A stretch of 64,000 bases of DNA from Bacillota bacterium (GCA_012518315.1 JAAYSL010000084.1:20336-84335); one strand, 5' to 3'. Numbered from the stretch's first letter, positions 9,501 through 18,157 are shown. Notes: generated by a model from the sequence alone, not told the origin. Translations and numbers: made by a program.

Positions 9501-9719
9501 CTTGCAGACTATCTCTATACAGTCAAACCATTCATCTGACAAATATGGCGTAATCAAACCATAGCGGCCATGGATATATATATCCGATATCTGCTTATCC
9601 CGAAACTCGTGTAACTGTCGAACCAATTCCTCTGGTCTGAGCCTAGAGTTCCACATCCAAAAGGGCTGAATGGAGTAATCCAGTGATGGTTGCTTGAATT
9701 CTGTCCCATGGAAAATCAC
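6516..9719 (-). CDS. large cytoplasmic glycoside-hydrolase-like protein (1067 aa; candidate GH106 alpha-L-rhamnosidase type, family assignment tentative)
   Basis: Uninterrupted 3.2-kb ORF. N-terminal PFWMWN...WIYDEYNWPSG motif block typical of a large glycosidase family, and a C-terminal galactose-binding-like beta-sandwich region. No signal peptide. Confidence 0.75.
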   Translation of the reverse strand: MIFHGTEFKQPSLDYSIQPFWMWNSRLRPEELVRQLHEFRDKQISDIYIHGRYGLITPYLSDEWFDCIEIVCKEAKKIGMRLWIYDEYNWPSGTAGLKVCEDHPELTQRLLQLVETHQIGSRYSFLKTTDARYLDTDGGRIIAAWAVPLESGRKNWSRAINLNQYISFDSMIMAWEVPEGEWAVLHFIEKQTPWYIDALNPKAVDKFIEYTHEHYAKRVGEYFGDVIPGFYTDEPAMHYYQINPENGFIPWTEGMRELFQTENGYDLLSRLASLFYDVDTNSRIVRYDFWNTLTERLSTVFYERVRQWCHDHDLLFTGHLLFEEWFHLATRTEGNVMTHLKHFDIVGVDHIFSPKGSRERPDLHVALKAASSVAHQVGSKRVLCESIGGFGWATTMLDMKTMADWEYVLGVNLFNPHGGHYSIEGDRKRDWPPCQFYQQSWWKYYGQFSEYISRLSYLLSTGRPVADMAILYPVRSYWQNYTSQVRTPLADIIESDLAYLTDALLRLHYGFDYIDEDTISETIVENGAMSIGQNRYSLLILPATSMLKRDTVNKLQEFLDEGGSLLACTMLPEDSDVVASDPKVLDFVRETFNVDLGQASPAAVISQGAGVVGDSKDCANRAILHAGTHPGGGYVGFLQSPGGLSKSHPEELLAQGLDAAVDRRVHIDDQDIFCLHRQADDLDLYFLVNTTANNKTIQVTLSKIGHPELWNPETGETANGVVSALDTSEMTVKLDMWPHQAIFLMVRPGQPELEIESSEFSKPNDVLTPIDLKGEWDFTLSGDNVLLIDSWRLGIDPKGEGLSKGYHLPEFDDTEWVWATNGPWMRVVRSYVGDVPTPTTLWYRTKIDLQHLPNRLQMLIDGFLGKYQLYVNGSLVSSDNLKASSLDCDILAVPLEAYVRQGVNQLAVKIEVDSEWGGIVDKLKVVGDFSVCMADSSPNTESGTATYSLGAPRTKLGVGSWTDSGYPFYSGTGTYSTTFDLPGSWKGKRLMLTADGHDGVVEAWVNGEEAGCRLWAPYVFDVSDLCHDSSNTVTLAVTNTSANTLEGKTLPSGLASARIEVLSGKQV

Positions 9720-10348
9720 CTAACAAGCCTCCCTTAGTGTATTACATCAAATTGACACTTACACAGCACGATTAACCGGGTTTCATTCCGAAATTACTGA
9801 TTCCGTCCCCAGAAGGTTACCAGACCGGCGTCACTGTAGCCTCATCTTCACCGCCTATGGAAACGTTTCCTGTCGCGGGACATATTTAGATTAAGTTAGA
9901 TGCACCCCTCCATCCAATTATGCCATCTATAACACGTAAAGCAGTAGCAGTTGATGGCTTGTATCATCGATGATCGCCTCAAATATACCTTCGCATGGAA
10001 GCTTTGTCAATCATAGTATGCTAATGGGACATGTTCCGGAAACTACCAAGAACCCTGCAAGAGATTAGGTTAGTGTAAAATTCCTGTAGGGTGGCCGGTA
10101 GGAATATCTAACCAGTGAATAGAAAAGAGATCTCACTGCCATCGCAAACGGCAGAGCTCAAGGCTCAAGCACTGAGATCTCTTAATGGAAATGACTCAGC
10201 ATATGGTGAATATGTTCCTGCAAGTGGGTGAGAAGGCTTTGGGCAAACTTGACAGGAAGATGCACACTACCTATACTGAAGGTGCTGGAAAGATACTGGT
10301 ATGAGCTTAACCGCCGCCTTGGCCTGTCGAGAATAGGAGGCGGTTTTT

Positions 10349-11446
10349 GTGTTGTTATGTTCCTATTCCCCACCTGTATCATTTCGTAGCAATCTTAGGC
10401 ATAGAGTCGGCCTTTTTCTGATGCTCATCGGACTTAGTCTACTTATCAGCGGGTGTTTTGGAGGCCTTGGCCAAACCGTATCATATCCCCCACCAGCACC
10501 TAAGGGTCCCACCGGTGGCGTGGCTGTAAAGGCTTTACTCATCTCCGATAGCGGAGATGGGCATACCATCGGCCGAGTGATAGCCACCCTAACGCGAGGT
10601 AGCCAAAGAATAGAGCACAACCTGGTGGTAGATCTAGATAGAATGGTAGCTTCAGGCAACTTATCCAAGGTTCTTATCGGCACCTGGAATCTGCGTGTCG
10701 ACGTCTATAGCAAACGAGACGAACTACTCTACACAGGATCAACTAGTGTGTTGATTGAGGAAGGCAAAACTATTAGCATAGAGCTTCAGCTTGGAGCCGC
10801 TCCCGGCACACTGATCATGGTGCTAGATATCAGTGATTTTGACAGCTATGAGCTCATCAAGGGTAAAATCATCATCGGCACCGGTGAGCAACCTGAGCTG
10901 GTCAAGGAGTTTACAAGAGGAGAAGACTCCCTGCTCACAGTCACTATTGATGAGCTAGACCCCCGGAGTCACGATCTGCGAGTGGAACTGTATAAGAACA
11001 CTTTCCACTCCTACAATCGCATCTATCAAGGGCCGTGGGAGGTTATTGCTATTCAGCCGGGCAAGATCCTGGAGATGAGTTGGCATCCGGCTTGGGGGTG
11101 TATTGAGGTCATCGGTGTGATTGACGCCCCTCCCCCCTCCCCTAGCGATGTAAGTGCAACTTTGCAGGATGACAGCATATTCATAGCTTGGACTGCTGTA
11201 AGACCTGTAGAGGATGATCTGGAAGCATATCTAGTATATGCGCAGCTTCATGCTTTTACTGGGTTTCAACTTATCGATACGGTACCCAAATCTGCGACCT
11301 CGTATTCGTATCGACCAGATACTTCATCTTATCCTGCCGGGGTGAGCATCCCCATCCAAATTGCCGTATCGAGCCTAGATGCCGGAGGAAACGAGAGCAG
11401 TCGTAGTAGCCCTGTGATAGTACCATGGCCCTCTGCCGGGAGTTAG
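10349..11446 (+). CDS. lipoprotein with C-terminal Fn3/Ig-like domain
   Basis: GTG start after AGGAGG. Lipobox LLISGC. Beta-rich C-terminal region (SIFIAWTAV...YLVYAQ) resembling an Fn3 domain. Confidence 0.6.
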   Translation: MLLCSYSPPVSFRSNLRHRVGLFLMLIGLSLLISGCFGGLGQTVSYPPPAPKGPTGGVAVKALLISDSGDGHTIGRVIATLTRGSQRIEHNLVVDLDRMVASGNLSKVLIGTWNLRVDVYSKRDELLYTGSTSVLIEEGKTISIELQLGAAPGTLIMVLDISDFDSYELIKGKIIIGTGEQPELVKEFTRGEDSLLTVTIDELDPRSHDLRVELYKNTFHSYNRIYQGPWEVIAIQPGKILEMSWHPAWGCIEVIGVIDAPPPSPSDVSATLQDDSIFIAWTAVRPVEDDLEAYLVYAQLHAFTGFQLIDTVPKSATSYSYRPDTSSYPAGVSIPIQIAVSSLDAGGNESSRSSPVIVPWPSAGS

Positions 11447-11580
11447 TGTCTTTAAGCGATTCGTCACAGTTTACCTAACAAAGCCAATTTCCTAATCGCC
11501 TAGAGAAAAGCGGTTCTTAGGGCAGGCGTTTTTACCTTTTGTCTCGAAGTAATTATGTCGGAGTGTGGGGAGGTAAAGCG

Positions 11581-12642
11581 ATGACAGCACGTGTAGGAGT
11601 TCCGAGATCCCTAGCATACTATGCATTTTACCCACAATGGAAGACGTATCTTGAGGAGCTTGGAACGGAAGTTGTACTAAGTCCCCCTACCACAAAAGAT
11701 ATCATAGATCAGGGCATCAAATATACGGTGACTGATGCCTGCATCCCCATAAAGGTGTTCCATGGGCATGTTGCTGCCTTGATCGGACAGGTGGACTATA
11801 TTCTGATTCCCCGATTGGTCAGCATCGATGGCGATGCTACCCTTTGTCCCAAATTCCTTGGGCTCTCCGATATGATCAAAGCCTCAATACAGGGTATCCC
11901 TCCTCTTTTGACACCCAGGCTGGATATTCGGGACGGACGGTTTGCCCCCATGAAGGCCTGGCTACGGGTTGCCAAAAAACTGGGAGCGGGCCGCCAGAAG
12001 GCCTGGCTTGCGTATCGGAAAGCAGTGCAAGTAGGACAATACTATGAGGCACTATTGGCCAACCATATGCTTCCTAGCGAAGCCATGTTAGCTGCAGATA
12101 AATGGCGGGCATCCTGGCCAAAGAAGCGGCCATTGAGTTTGGCTGAGGCCAGAAGCGGTATTGCCTCCGCCAAGGCATCGAAGACGCCAATGGAAGCCAC
12201 TGCAACCAGTAGGCAGGTCCAACTGGCCGTTGTTGGCTATCCATACATGCTGTACGATGACTATGTCACCTGTGGGTTGCTCACGAATCTGAAGAGCTTG
12301 GGTGCCAATATCTTAACACCTGAAATGGTTCCGGCCAAATGTCGGAAAGCACAGGCCAAGAAGCAACCCAAATACTTGTTCTGGCACTATAGTAATCAGG
12401 TGATACGGGCCACATATCATTTCTTCGAAGAAAAAATGATCGATGGCTTGATTCATGTGACGGCTTTTGGCTGTGGACCTGATGCCATGGTGGATAAGCT
12501 GCTTGAACTAGATTGCCGCAAACAGAATCGGTTACCCTACCTTTCATTATGTTTAGATGAGCATACAGGTGTAGCTGGAGTAATGACCCGTCTCGAGGCC
12601 TTTGTAGATATGTTAGTGCGTAGGAAGGGTGATTTGCGGTGA
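11581..12642 (+). CDS. DUF2229 'CoA-substrate-specific enzyme activase'-associated protein, paralog 1
   Basis: ATG 11581 after GGGGAGG. C-terminal block VTAFGCGPDAMV...LCLDEHTGVAGVMTRLEAFVDML is typical of DUF2229. Confidence 0.7.
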   Translation: MTARVGVPRSLAYYAFYPQWKTYLEELGTEVVLSPPTTKDIIDQGIKYTVTDACIPIKVFHGHVAALIGQVDYILIPRLVSIDGDATLCPKFLGLSDMIKASIQGIPPLLTPRLDIRDGRFAPMKAWLRVAKKLGAGRQKAWLAYRKAVQVGQYYEALLANHMLPSEAMLAADKWRASWPKKRPLSLAEARSGIASAKASKTPMEATATSRQVQLAVVGYPYMLYDDYVTCGLLTNLKSLGANILTPEMVPAKCRKAQAKKQPKYLFWHYSNQVIRATYHFFEEKMIDGLIHVTAFGCGPDAMVDKLLELDCRKQNRLPYLSLCLDEHTGVAGVMTRLEAFVDMLVRRKGDLR

Positions 12643-13736
12643 AGATAACTTTCCCACACATGGGAACTTCATGGATAGGCTTCAAGACTCTGATCGAAGG
12701 AATAGGCCATGAGGTAGTGCTTCCCCCTCCCCCCACCAAACGCACATTGGATCTTGGCACCAAATACGCACCGGAGTTTGCGTGCCTCCCCTTTAAGGTA
12801 CTCTTGGGCACATATTTAGAAGCCATTGAGTTGGGCGCTGATACGATTATCTCTTCCGGTGGGGTTGGCCCTTGTCGAGCTGGGTACTATACGCAACTGC
12901 AAAAGCGCATCCTGCAGGAACAGCTCGGCCACGATGTTAGGGTAATCACCTTTGAACCACTTAACCGCAACTGGGTAGGAACCTATAGGATTTTTCGGGA
13001 TTTGATTAGGGTTAACCTGCGAGAATTCATAGGGTTACTCTGGCTTACCTGGCAAAAGCTGCTGGCCCTAGATGCCATCGAACGGGAAAGTCACCGGGTA
13101 CGACCATTGGAGGTTAATACCGGATCCACAAGCCGCGTAGTATCTAAGGCGTTTGCCGATATCGACAAAGCTGATTCAGTCAAGAAAGTCAAGGATGTGA
13201 CTAGAGATAATCTAGAGAAGATGAACAGCCTTCCCCAGGATGCCCACCGACATCCTCTCAAAGTTGGTGTGATTGGGGAGATCTATGTGGTGCTAGAACC
13301 TTTTGTTAATCTCGATGTTGTCGAGACATTGGGTCATATGGGTGTGTACGTGCACCGTTCCATATTTCTTACTGATTGGACCATAGAAAACACGGTTCTA
13401 GATGCGTTTAGGGTGGAGGGTGAGATGAATATCAAAAAGGCCGCCCGACCCTATTTGCCGGAGATGATTGGTGGTCACGGTCAGAATAGCATTGGTGAAA
13501 CCATTCTTTATGCCAAGAAGGGCTATGATGGTGTAGTTCAGTTGGCCCCCTTTACTTGCATACCGGAGATAGTTGCCAAGAGCATTATTCCTAAAGTCAG
13601 TAGGGACTATAACTTACCGGTTCTAACCTTGATGCTAGATGAGCAGACGGGCAAAGCCGGTATCAGTACTCGTTTAGAGGCTTTTGTGGATCTATTGGCT
13701 ATGCGGCGGGTACGACTCGGAGGTGAGATTGCTTGA
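12639..13736 (+). CDS. DUF2229 protein, paralog 2
   Basis: GTGA start/stop overlap with the upstream gene. Paralogous C-terminal block LAPFTCIPEIVA...LMLDEQTGKAGISTRLEAFVDLL. Confidence 0.7.
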   Translation: MKITFPHMGTSWIGFKTLIEGIGHEVVLPPPPTKRTLDLGTKYAPEFACLPFKVLLGTYLEAIELGADTIISSGGVGPCRAGYYTQLQKRILQEQLGHDVRVITFEPLNRNWVGTYRIFRDLIRVNLREFIGLLWLTWQKLLALDAIERESHRVRPLEVNTGSTSRVVSKAFADIDKADSVKKVKDVTRDNLEKMNSLPQDAHRHPLKVGVIGEIYVVLEPFVNLDVVETLGHMGVYVHRSIFLTDWTIENTVLDAFRVEGEMNIKKAARPYLPEMIGGHGQNSIGETILYAKKGYDGVVQLAPFTCIPEIVAKSIIPKVSRDYNLPVLTLMLDEQTGKAGISTRLEAFVDLLAMRRVRLGGEIA

Positions 13737-14707
13737 ACGCATATCTAGGTGTAGATGTCGGTTCTGTGAGTACTAACTTTGTACTAATGGATGAGCAGGG
13801 GAAACTACTCGATAGTCTATATATCCGTACCAAGGGCCAGCCTATCCAAGCGATTCAGGCGGGCCTAAAAGCCTTGGAGAAGCAAGTACCCCCCTCCCTC
13901 AATGTGTTAGGAGCGGGAGCTACTGGGTCAGCCCGCCAATTGACTGGTGTAATTATTGGAGCCGATATTGTCAAAAACGAGATCACCGCCCACGCTGTGG
14001 CCGCTATGCATTGTGTTCCGGATGTACAGACAGTGCTTGAAATCGGGGGTCAGGACTCCAAACTGATCATTATCCGAGATGGTGTCGTAGTCGACTTTGC
14101 CATGAATACCGTCTGTTCCGCTGGTACCGGTTCTTTTCTGGATCATCAGGCGGCACGGTTAGGTATTCCCATTGAAGAGTTCGGAAAATTGGCGTTACAA
14201 AGTAAGCAACCCGTGCGGATTGCTGGCCGTTGCTCTGTTTTCGCCGAATCAGATATGGTACACAAACAGCAAATGGGCCATAAGACACCGGACATTATTG
14301 CTGGTCTGTGTGATGCCTTGGTGCGAAACTACCTAAACAACGTAGGTAAGGGCAAATCCATAGCAGCCCCTCTAGTCTTCCAAGGCGGAGTAGCGGCCAA
14401 CCAAGGTATTAGACATGCCTTTGAGAAAGAACTTGGTGTTCCGGTAATCATCCCGGAGGATTTCGGAGTAATGGGAGCACTAGGAATGGCAATCCTAGCG
14501 AAAGAGAATAGAGCCCAAGGCAAAAAAACCAGTTTCCGTGGCTTTGGTGCCAGTGAATTGAGATTTGCGACCCGGAGTTTTGAGTGTAATGGGTGTCCTA
14601 ACCAATGCGAGATTGTGGAGATTAGGCAAGATGAAACAGTCTTGGCTCGCTGGGGTGATCGGTGTCACAAGTGGCAAAACACTACTCGGGGCGAAGCTGC
14701 TAGTTAA
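13733..14707 (+). CDS. BadF/BadG/BcrA/BcrD-type ATPase (HgdC-like activase) with Cys-rich C-terminus
   Basis: N-terminal LGVDVGSVSTNFVLMD and ASKHA motifs (LEIGGQDSK, NTVCSAGTGSFLD), plus C-terminal CNGCPNQC...C...H. TTGA overlap with the upstream gene. Confidence 0.75.
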   Translation: MNAYLGVDVGSVSTNFVLMDEQGKLLDSLYIRTKGQPIQAIQAGLKALEKQVPPSLNVLGAGATGSARQLTGVIIGADIVKNEITAHAVAAMHCVPDVQTVLEIGGQDSKLIIIRDGVVVDFAMNTVCSAGTGSFLDHQAARLGIPIEEFGKLALQSKQPVRIAGRCSVFAESDMVHKQQMGHKTPDIIAGLCDALVRNYLNNVGKGKSIAAPLVFQGGVAANQGIRHAFEKELGVPVIIPEDFGVMGALGMAILAKENRAQGKKTSFRGFGASELRFATRSFECNGCPNQCEIVEIRQDETVLARWGDRCHKWQNTTRGEAAS

Positions 14708-14722
14708 ATCTACAGGCGGCCA

Positions 14723-15355
14723 TCATCTGGGGGTCTGGTAGGTACCACTTCCTGCCGGGCCCTTTTCATAATCGAGGATGTAAAAGCCATAGGCGTTTAT
14801 GACATACGTATCCCCCACCTTTGTCACCCGTTCTTGGTTACGGCCGTAATTCAGGTGAGTATGGCCATGAAAGAAATACTTGGGACTATGCTTCTCGATG
14901 ATCTGGTTAAAGACGGTGAACCCAGCATGGGTCACGTTCTCCATATCATGGATGCCCTTGGGTGGTGCATGGGTGATGACGATATCCACCCCCTTGTGGC
15001 GCCAGAGCCTGGGTCTCATCCACTGATAGGCCCAGTACATCTCCCGCTCGGTATATTGCACTGCCTCACGGGTATATACCTGACTACCCTCAAGGCCCAT
15101 AATCCGAATGCCTCTATAGGAAATGAGGCGGCCGTGAATATCCTCTCCCCCATCAGGTGGATCTTGGTCGAAAGACCGATCGTGGTTACCCCTGACATAG
15201 TAAAGGGGAGCATTAAAGGTAGACATCAAGTAAGACATATACCATTGCTTAAGATCACCACAGGCCAAAATCAGATCAATGGCGGGAAACCGCTCCGGCC
15301 GATAATAATCATAAAGCAAGGGATCGATATGATCGGCTACTACCAGCAAATGCAA
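14723..15355 (-). CDS. metallophosphoesterase (calcineurin-like)
   Basis: Motifs ACGDL, RGNHD, ITHAPP and GHTH. Confidence 0.8.
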   Translation of the reverse strand: MHLLVVADHIDPLLYDYYRPERFPAIDLILACGDLKQWYMSYLMSTFNAPLYYVRGNHDRSFDQDPPDGGEDIHGRLISYRGIRIMGLEGSQVYTREAVQYTEREMYWAYQWMRPRLWRHKGVDIVITHAPPKGIHDMENVTHAGFTVFNQIIEKHSPKYFFHGHTHLNYGRNQERVTKVGDTYVINAYGFYILDYEKGPAGSGTYQTPR

Positions 15356-15616
15356 GGCATACTCCCCTCCCTACCTTCTACCCTAGCACACCGGGCTACC
15401 CTGATCCTAGCTTAGGGATTAACCAAGTCAGGGATTGGAATTATGAGAACCAATTGCTCTGGGACTATGTCTCCCCTAGTATATCACACATGATCCCACT
15501 CACTCCACTCTAAGTGATGCCCTTCCTTGCTATACCTGCTATAGGTCGATGATGTCGTCAACGTTTATGGGTTCTTCGTTGCGGGACTACCACCAGATAA
15601 GAAAACTCAGGAAACC

Positions 15617-15634
15617 TTGACCTTCCCTGACCTT
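15617..15634 (-). promoter_or_regulatory. CtsR-like tandem heptad operator (over the -35)
   Basis: Reverse complement is AAGGTCAGGGAAGGTCAA, i.e. GGTCAGG-GAA-GGTCAAG versus consensus RGTCAAA-NAN-RGTCAAA. Confidence 0.4.
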
Positions 15635-15645
15635 GATGGTATAAT
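15617..15645 (+). promoter_or_regulatory. sigma-A-type promoter of hsp20 (TTGACC-17-TATAAT)
   Basis: Perfect -10 and near-perfect -35 with a 17-nt spacer, about 45 nt upstream of the hsp20 start. Confidence 0.6.
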
Positions 15646-15654
15646 CTAGTTGAA

Positions 15655-15671
15655 GGTCAATAAAGGTCAGA
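15655..15671 (+). promoter_or_regulatory. CtsR-like tandem heptad operator (downstream of -10)
   Basis: GGTCAAT-AAA-GGTCAGA matches 15/17 positions of the CtsR consensus GGTCAAANANGGTCAAA. Confidence 0.5.
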
Positions 15672-15691
15672 CTCTAAAGGGGGTTTTCTAG

Positions 15692-16132
15692 ATGGCTAAC
15701 CTAATACCATTTCGCCATCGTCGCATGCTGAGAAGTGATTGGAATCCATGGGATGATTTCATGCAGCTGGCCAACATGTTTGGGGACAGGGGTATGATGC
15801 CATCATTTAGCATGGCATATCCGGCTGTTGATGTAGAGGACACCCCTGAGGCTTATCTGGTGAAGGCCAATGTGCCTGGGTATGCCAAGGACGATTTGGA
15901 AATCGAGCTAGAAGGCAATATGGTTACAATTAAAGGTAACACCGTTGCCGAAGAGCAAACACAGTCCCAGGATCTCATCCATCAGGAGCGTTGCACGGGA
16001 GAATTCCGCAGAACCTTCGCTCTACCGACAGATATCGATGCTGAAAACGCGGAAGCGACCTTTGATCATGGTGTCCTAGAAATCCGCCTACCCAAAGCAC
16101 GTGGCAAGGGACGAAGATTGACGATCAACTAG
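15692..16132 (+). CDS. small heat-shock protein, Hsp20/alpha-crystallin family
   Basis: Alpha-crystallin domain (VDVEDTPEAYLVKANVPGYAKDDLEIELEGNMVTIKG...FDHGVLEIRLPK). RBS AAAGGGGG. Confidence 0.9.
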   Translation: MANLIPFRHRRMLRSDWNPWDDFMQLANMFGDRGMMPSFSMAYPAVDVEDTPEAYLVKANVPGYAKDDLEIELEGNMVTIKGNTVAEEQTQSQDLIHQERCTGEFRRTFALPTDIDAENAEATFDHGVLEIRLPKARGKGRRLTIN

Positions 16133-16177
16133 GTTGACTGATCTCTACGGAAGACAACTCCTGCCATTACAAGTAAT

Positions 16178-16228
16178 CGAGTAGGGTGGCGCAAGGGTTA
16201 TCACCTAGCGCCACCCTACTCGATTTTG
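16178..16228. terminator. bidirectional intrinsic terminator (15-bp perfect stem) between hsp20 and purD
   Basis: CGAGTAGGGTGGCGC-(15-nt loop)-GCGCCACCCTACTCG, followed by ATTTTGG. Confidence 0.7.
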
Positions 16229-16283
16229 GTCTACATATAGAATAGCTTTCTGAACCTCTTTAGTGCTCGCCAAGCGATATCTG

Positions 16284-17564
16284 TCAACTCTTCTCTAGCG
16301 CTCGCCAAGCGATATCTCGCCGATAATACATCCCCTGAAAACGAAGCCGCTCCATAGCTTGATACACTTTGTCTCTAGCCTCTTGTATGTCATCTCCCAA
16401 GGCAGATATGCCTACAACACGGCCACCAGCTGTGACGATTCGTCCATCACGCAAAGCCGTTCCTGCGTGAAAGGCATAGATGTCGGGCAAAGCGCCTACT
16501 GCCGCCTCCAGGCCATCAATGGGAAAACCCGTGGTGTAAGCCCCTGGATAGCCCCCAGATGCCGCTATGACGCAAACCGAGGCTCGGGGATCCCAGTCAA
16601 GTGAGCCAAAAGAGCTTAGCCGACCCTGGTTTGCGGCAACTAGTAGCTCCACTAGGTCAGTTCTCAGCCTTGGCAAGACCACTTGGGTTTCAGGATCACC
16701 AAAACGACAATTATACTCAATCACCTTTGGGCCGTCCTTTGTCAACATTAGTCCAGCATAGAGCACTCCAGTATATTGAATTCCTTCTTGGCGCAGGGCG
16801 TTTAGCGTCGGAATCAGGATTGAATCATGAATCTTCCGCTCTACAGCCTGGTTTATCACAGGTACTGGGCTATAGGCTCCCATCCCACCAGTATTGAGCC
16901 CTTTATCACCTTCACCAATTGCTTTATGATCCTGGCTAGGAGCTAACGGTATGCAGCTTACTCCATCACAGACTGCTAAGATAGAGACCTCTTGACCAGA
17001 CAAATACTCTTCCACAACAATCCGCCGTCCTGCCTCACCCACCTCGTCTCCGGAAAGGGTGGCTTCGGCAGCCGTAAGGGCAGTATCAATATCTTGTGCC
17101 ACGACTACTCCCTTACCTGCTGCCAATCCGTCGGCCTTGATGACAATGGGAGCTCCCACGTGCTGGATATAGGCTTTGGCACTGGGAAAATCGGTGAAGA
17201 CCTCATAAGCCGCAGTCGGTATAGCGTATTTCTTCATTAGTTCTTTAGCAAAAACTTTGCTGCTTTCGATTTGGGCAGCTTTTTGTGTAGGACCGAAAAT
17301 CGCAAGGCCACGGGCACGAAAAACGTCGACTATACCGGCTGCTAAGTAGTCTTCTGGCCCTACAACAGTCAGGTTAATCCCCTTAGCTGAAGCAAACTCT
17401 GCTAATGTGTTAGGCTCGGCGGAGGCAAGATTGGGTATGCTAGCTTTCTGGGCAATCCCGGCATTCCCTGGAAAGCACCAGATGGCATCTACTTTGGGGC
17501 TTTCAGATAGCTTCTGCACCAAAGCGTGTTCCCTGCCGCCACCACCGATAACTAGTACTCGCAT
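16284..17564 (-). CDS. purD: phosphoribosylamine--glycine ligase
   Basis: MRVLVIGGGGREHAL start preceded by GGGGG, with ATP-grasp motifs. The longer ORF extends to 17591. Confidence 0.9.
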   Translation of the reverse strand: MRVLVIGGGGREHALVQKLSESPKVDAIWCFPGNAGIAQKASIPNLASAEPNTLAEFASAKGINLTVVGPEDYLAAGIVDVFRARGLAIFGPTQKAAQIESSKVFAKELMKKYAIPTAAYEVFTDFPSAKAYIQHVGAPIVIKADGLAAGKGVVVAQDIDTALTAAEATLSGDEVGEAGRRIVVEEYLSGQEVSILAVCDGVSCIPLAPSQDHKAIGEGDKGLNTGGMGAYSPVPVINQAVERKIHDSILIPTLNALRQEGIQYTGVLYAGLMLTKDGPKVIEYNCRFGDPETQVVLPRLRTDLVELLVAANQGRLSSFGSLDWDPRASVCVIAASGGYPGAYTTGFPIDGLEAAVGALPDIYAFHAGTALRDGRIVTAGGRVVGISALGDDIQEARDKVYQAMERLRFQGMYYRRDIAWRALEKS

Positions 17565-18157
17565 ATCACTTTTCGCCCCCGTATCTGCCACTCCCTGCTC
17601 AAAACCAGTGCAACTGCTTCTGGTAGAGTCTCATGCTCTTGAGCTAGAATCCGGTCTGACAGTGTTTCTTCAGTATCACTATCACAAACCGGTACAGCCC
17701 TTTGCACTATGATTGGACCTGTATCAAGCCCCTCATCGACAAAATGCACGGTACACCCCGAAACCTTCACTCCATATTCTAAAGCTTGGCGCTGTGCCCC
17801 GAGTCCCGGAAAAGCCGGCAATAGTGAAGGATGGATATTGATGATTTGATGGGGAAATGCCTTGATTAGATTGGCGGAAAGCAAGCGCATGAACCCCGCG
17901 AGGATTACCAAATCCACCTGGGCTTCATGAAGAATGCCAACCATTTTTTCGAAATATGCGGTACGCCCATCCTCGCCTTCCCAAGGGATCACTTTTGTCG
18001 GGATCCCGGCTTTTTCAGCTCTAGACAATCCCCAAGCCCCTGGCCGGTCACTAATGACCAAAACTATCTTTGCGTCGAGCTTCCCTATTTCTATGGCATC
18101 GATTAGGGCCTGCAAGTTAGAGCCCCGGCCCGAAATCAAGACTGCCAACCGTCCCAC
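17552..18157 (-). CDS. purN: phosphoribosylglycinamide formyltransferase
   Basis: LAVLISGRGSNLQALID, and NIHPSLLPAF formyl-transferase motif. Confidence 0.9.
   Translation of the reverse strand: MGRLAVLISGRGSNLQALIDAIEIGKLDAKIVLVISDRPGAWGLSRAEKAGIPTKVIPWEGEDGRTAYFEKMVGILHEAQVDLVILAGFMRLLSANLIKAFPHQIINIHPSLLPAFPGLGAQRQALEYGVKVSGCTVHFVDEGLDTGPIIVQRAVPVCDSDTEETLSDRILAQEHETLPEAVALVLSREWQIRGRKVICEY

Noticed and set aside
12281-12826. 181-aa minus-strand ORF spanning the junction of the two DUF2229 genes
   Set aside because: Antisense to two coupled genes whose products show conserved paralogous motifs. Considered a frame artefact.
14834-15415. 193-aa ORF antisense to the metallophosphoesterase gene
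   Set aside because: Fully nested on the opposite strand of a gene with clear catalytic motifs. No RBS.
15560-15691. CIRCE/HrcA element upstream of hsp20
   Set aside because: No TTAGCACTC-N9-GAGTGCTAA-like inverted repeat is present. The repeats seen are GGTCA heptads instead (see the CtsR finding).
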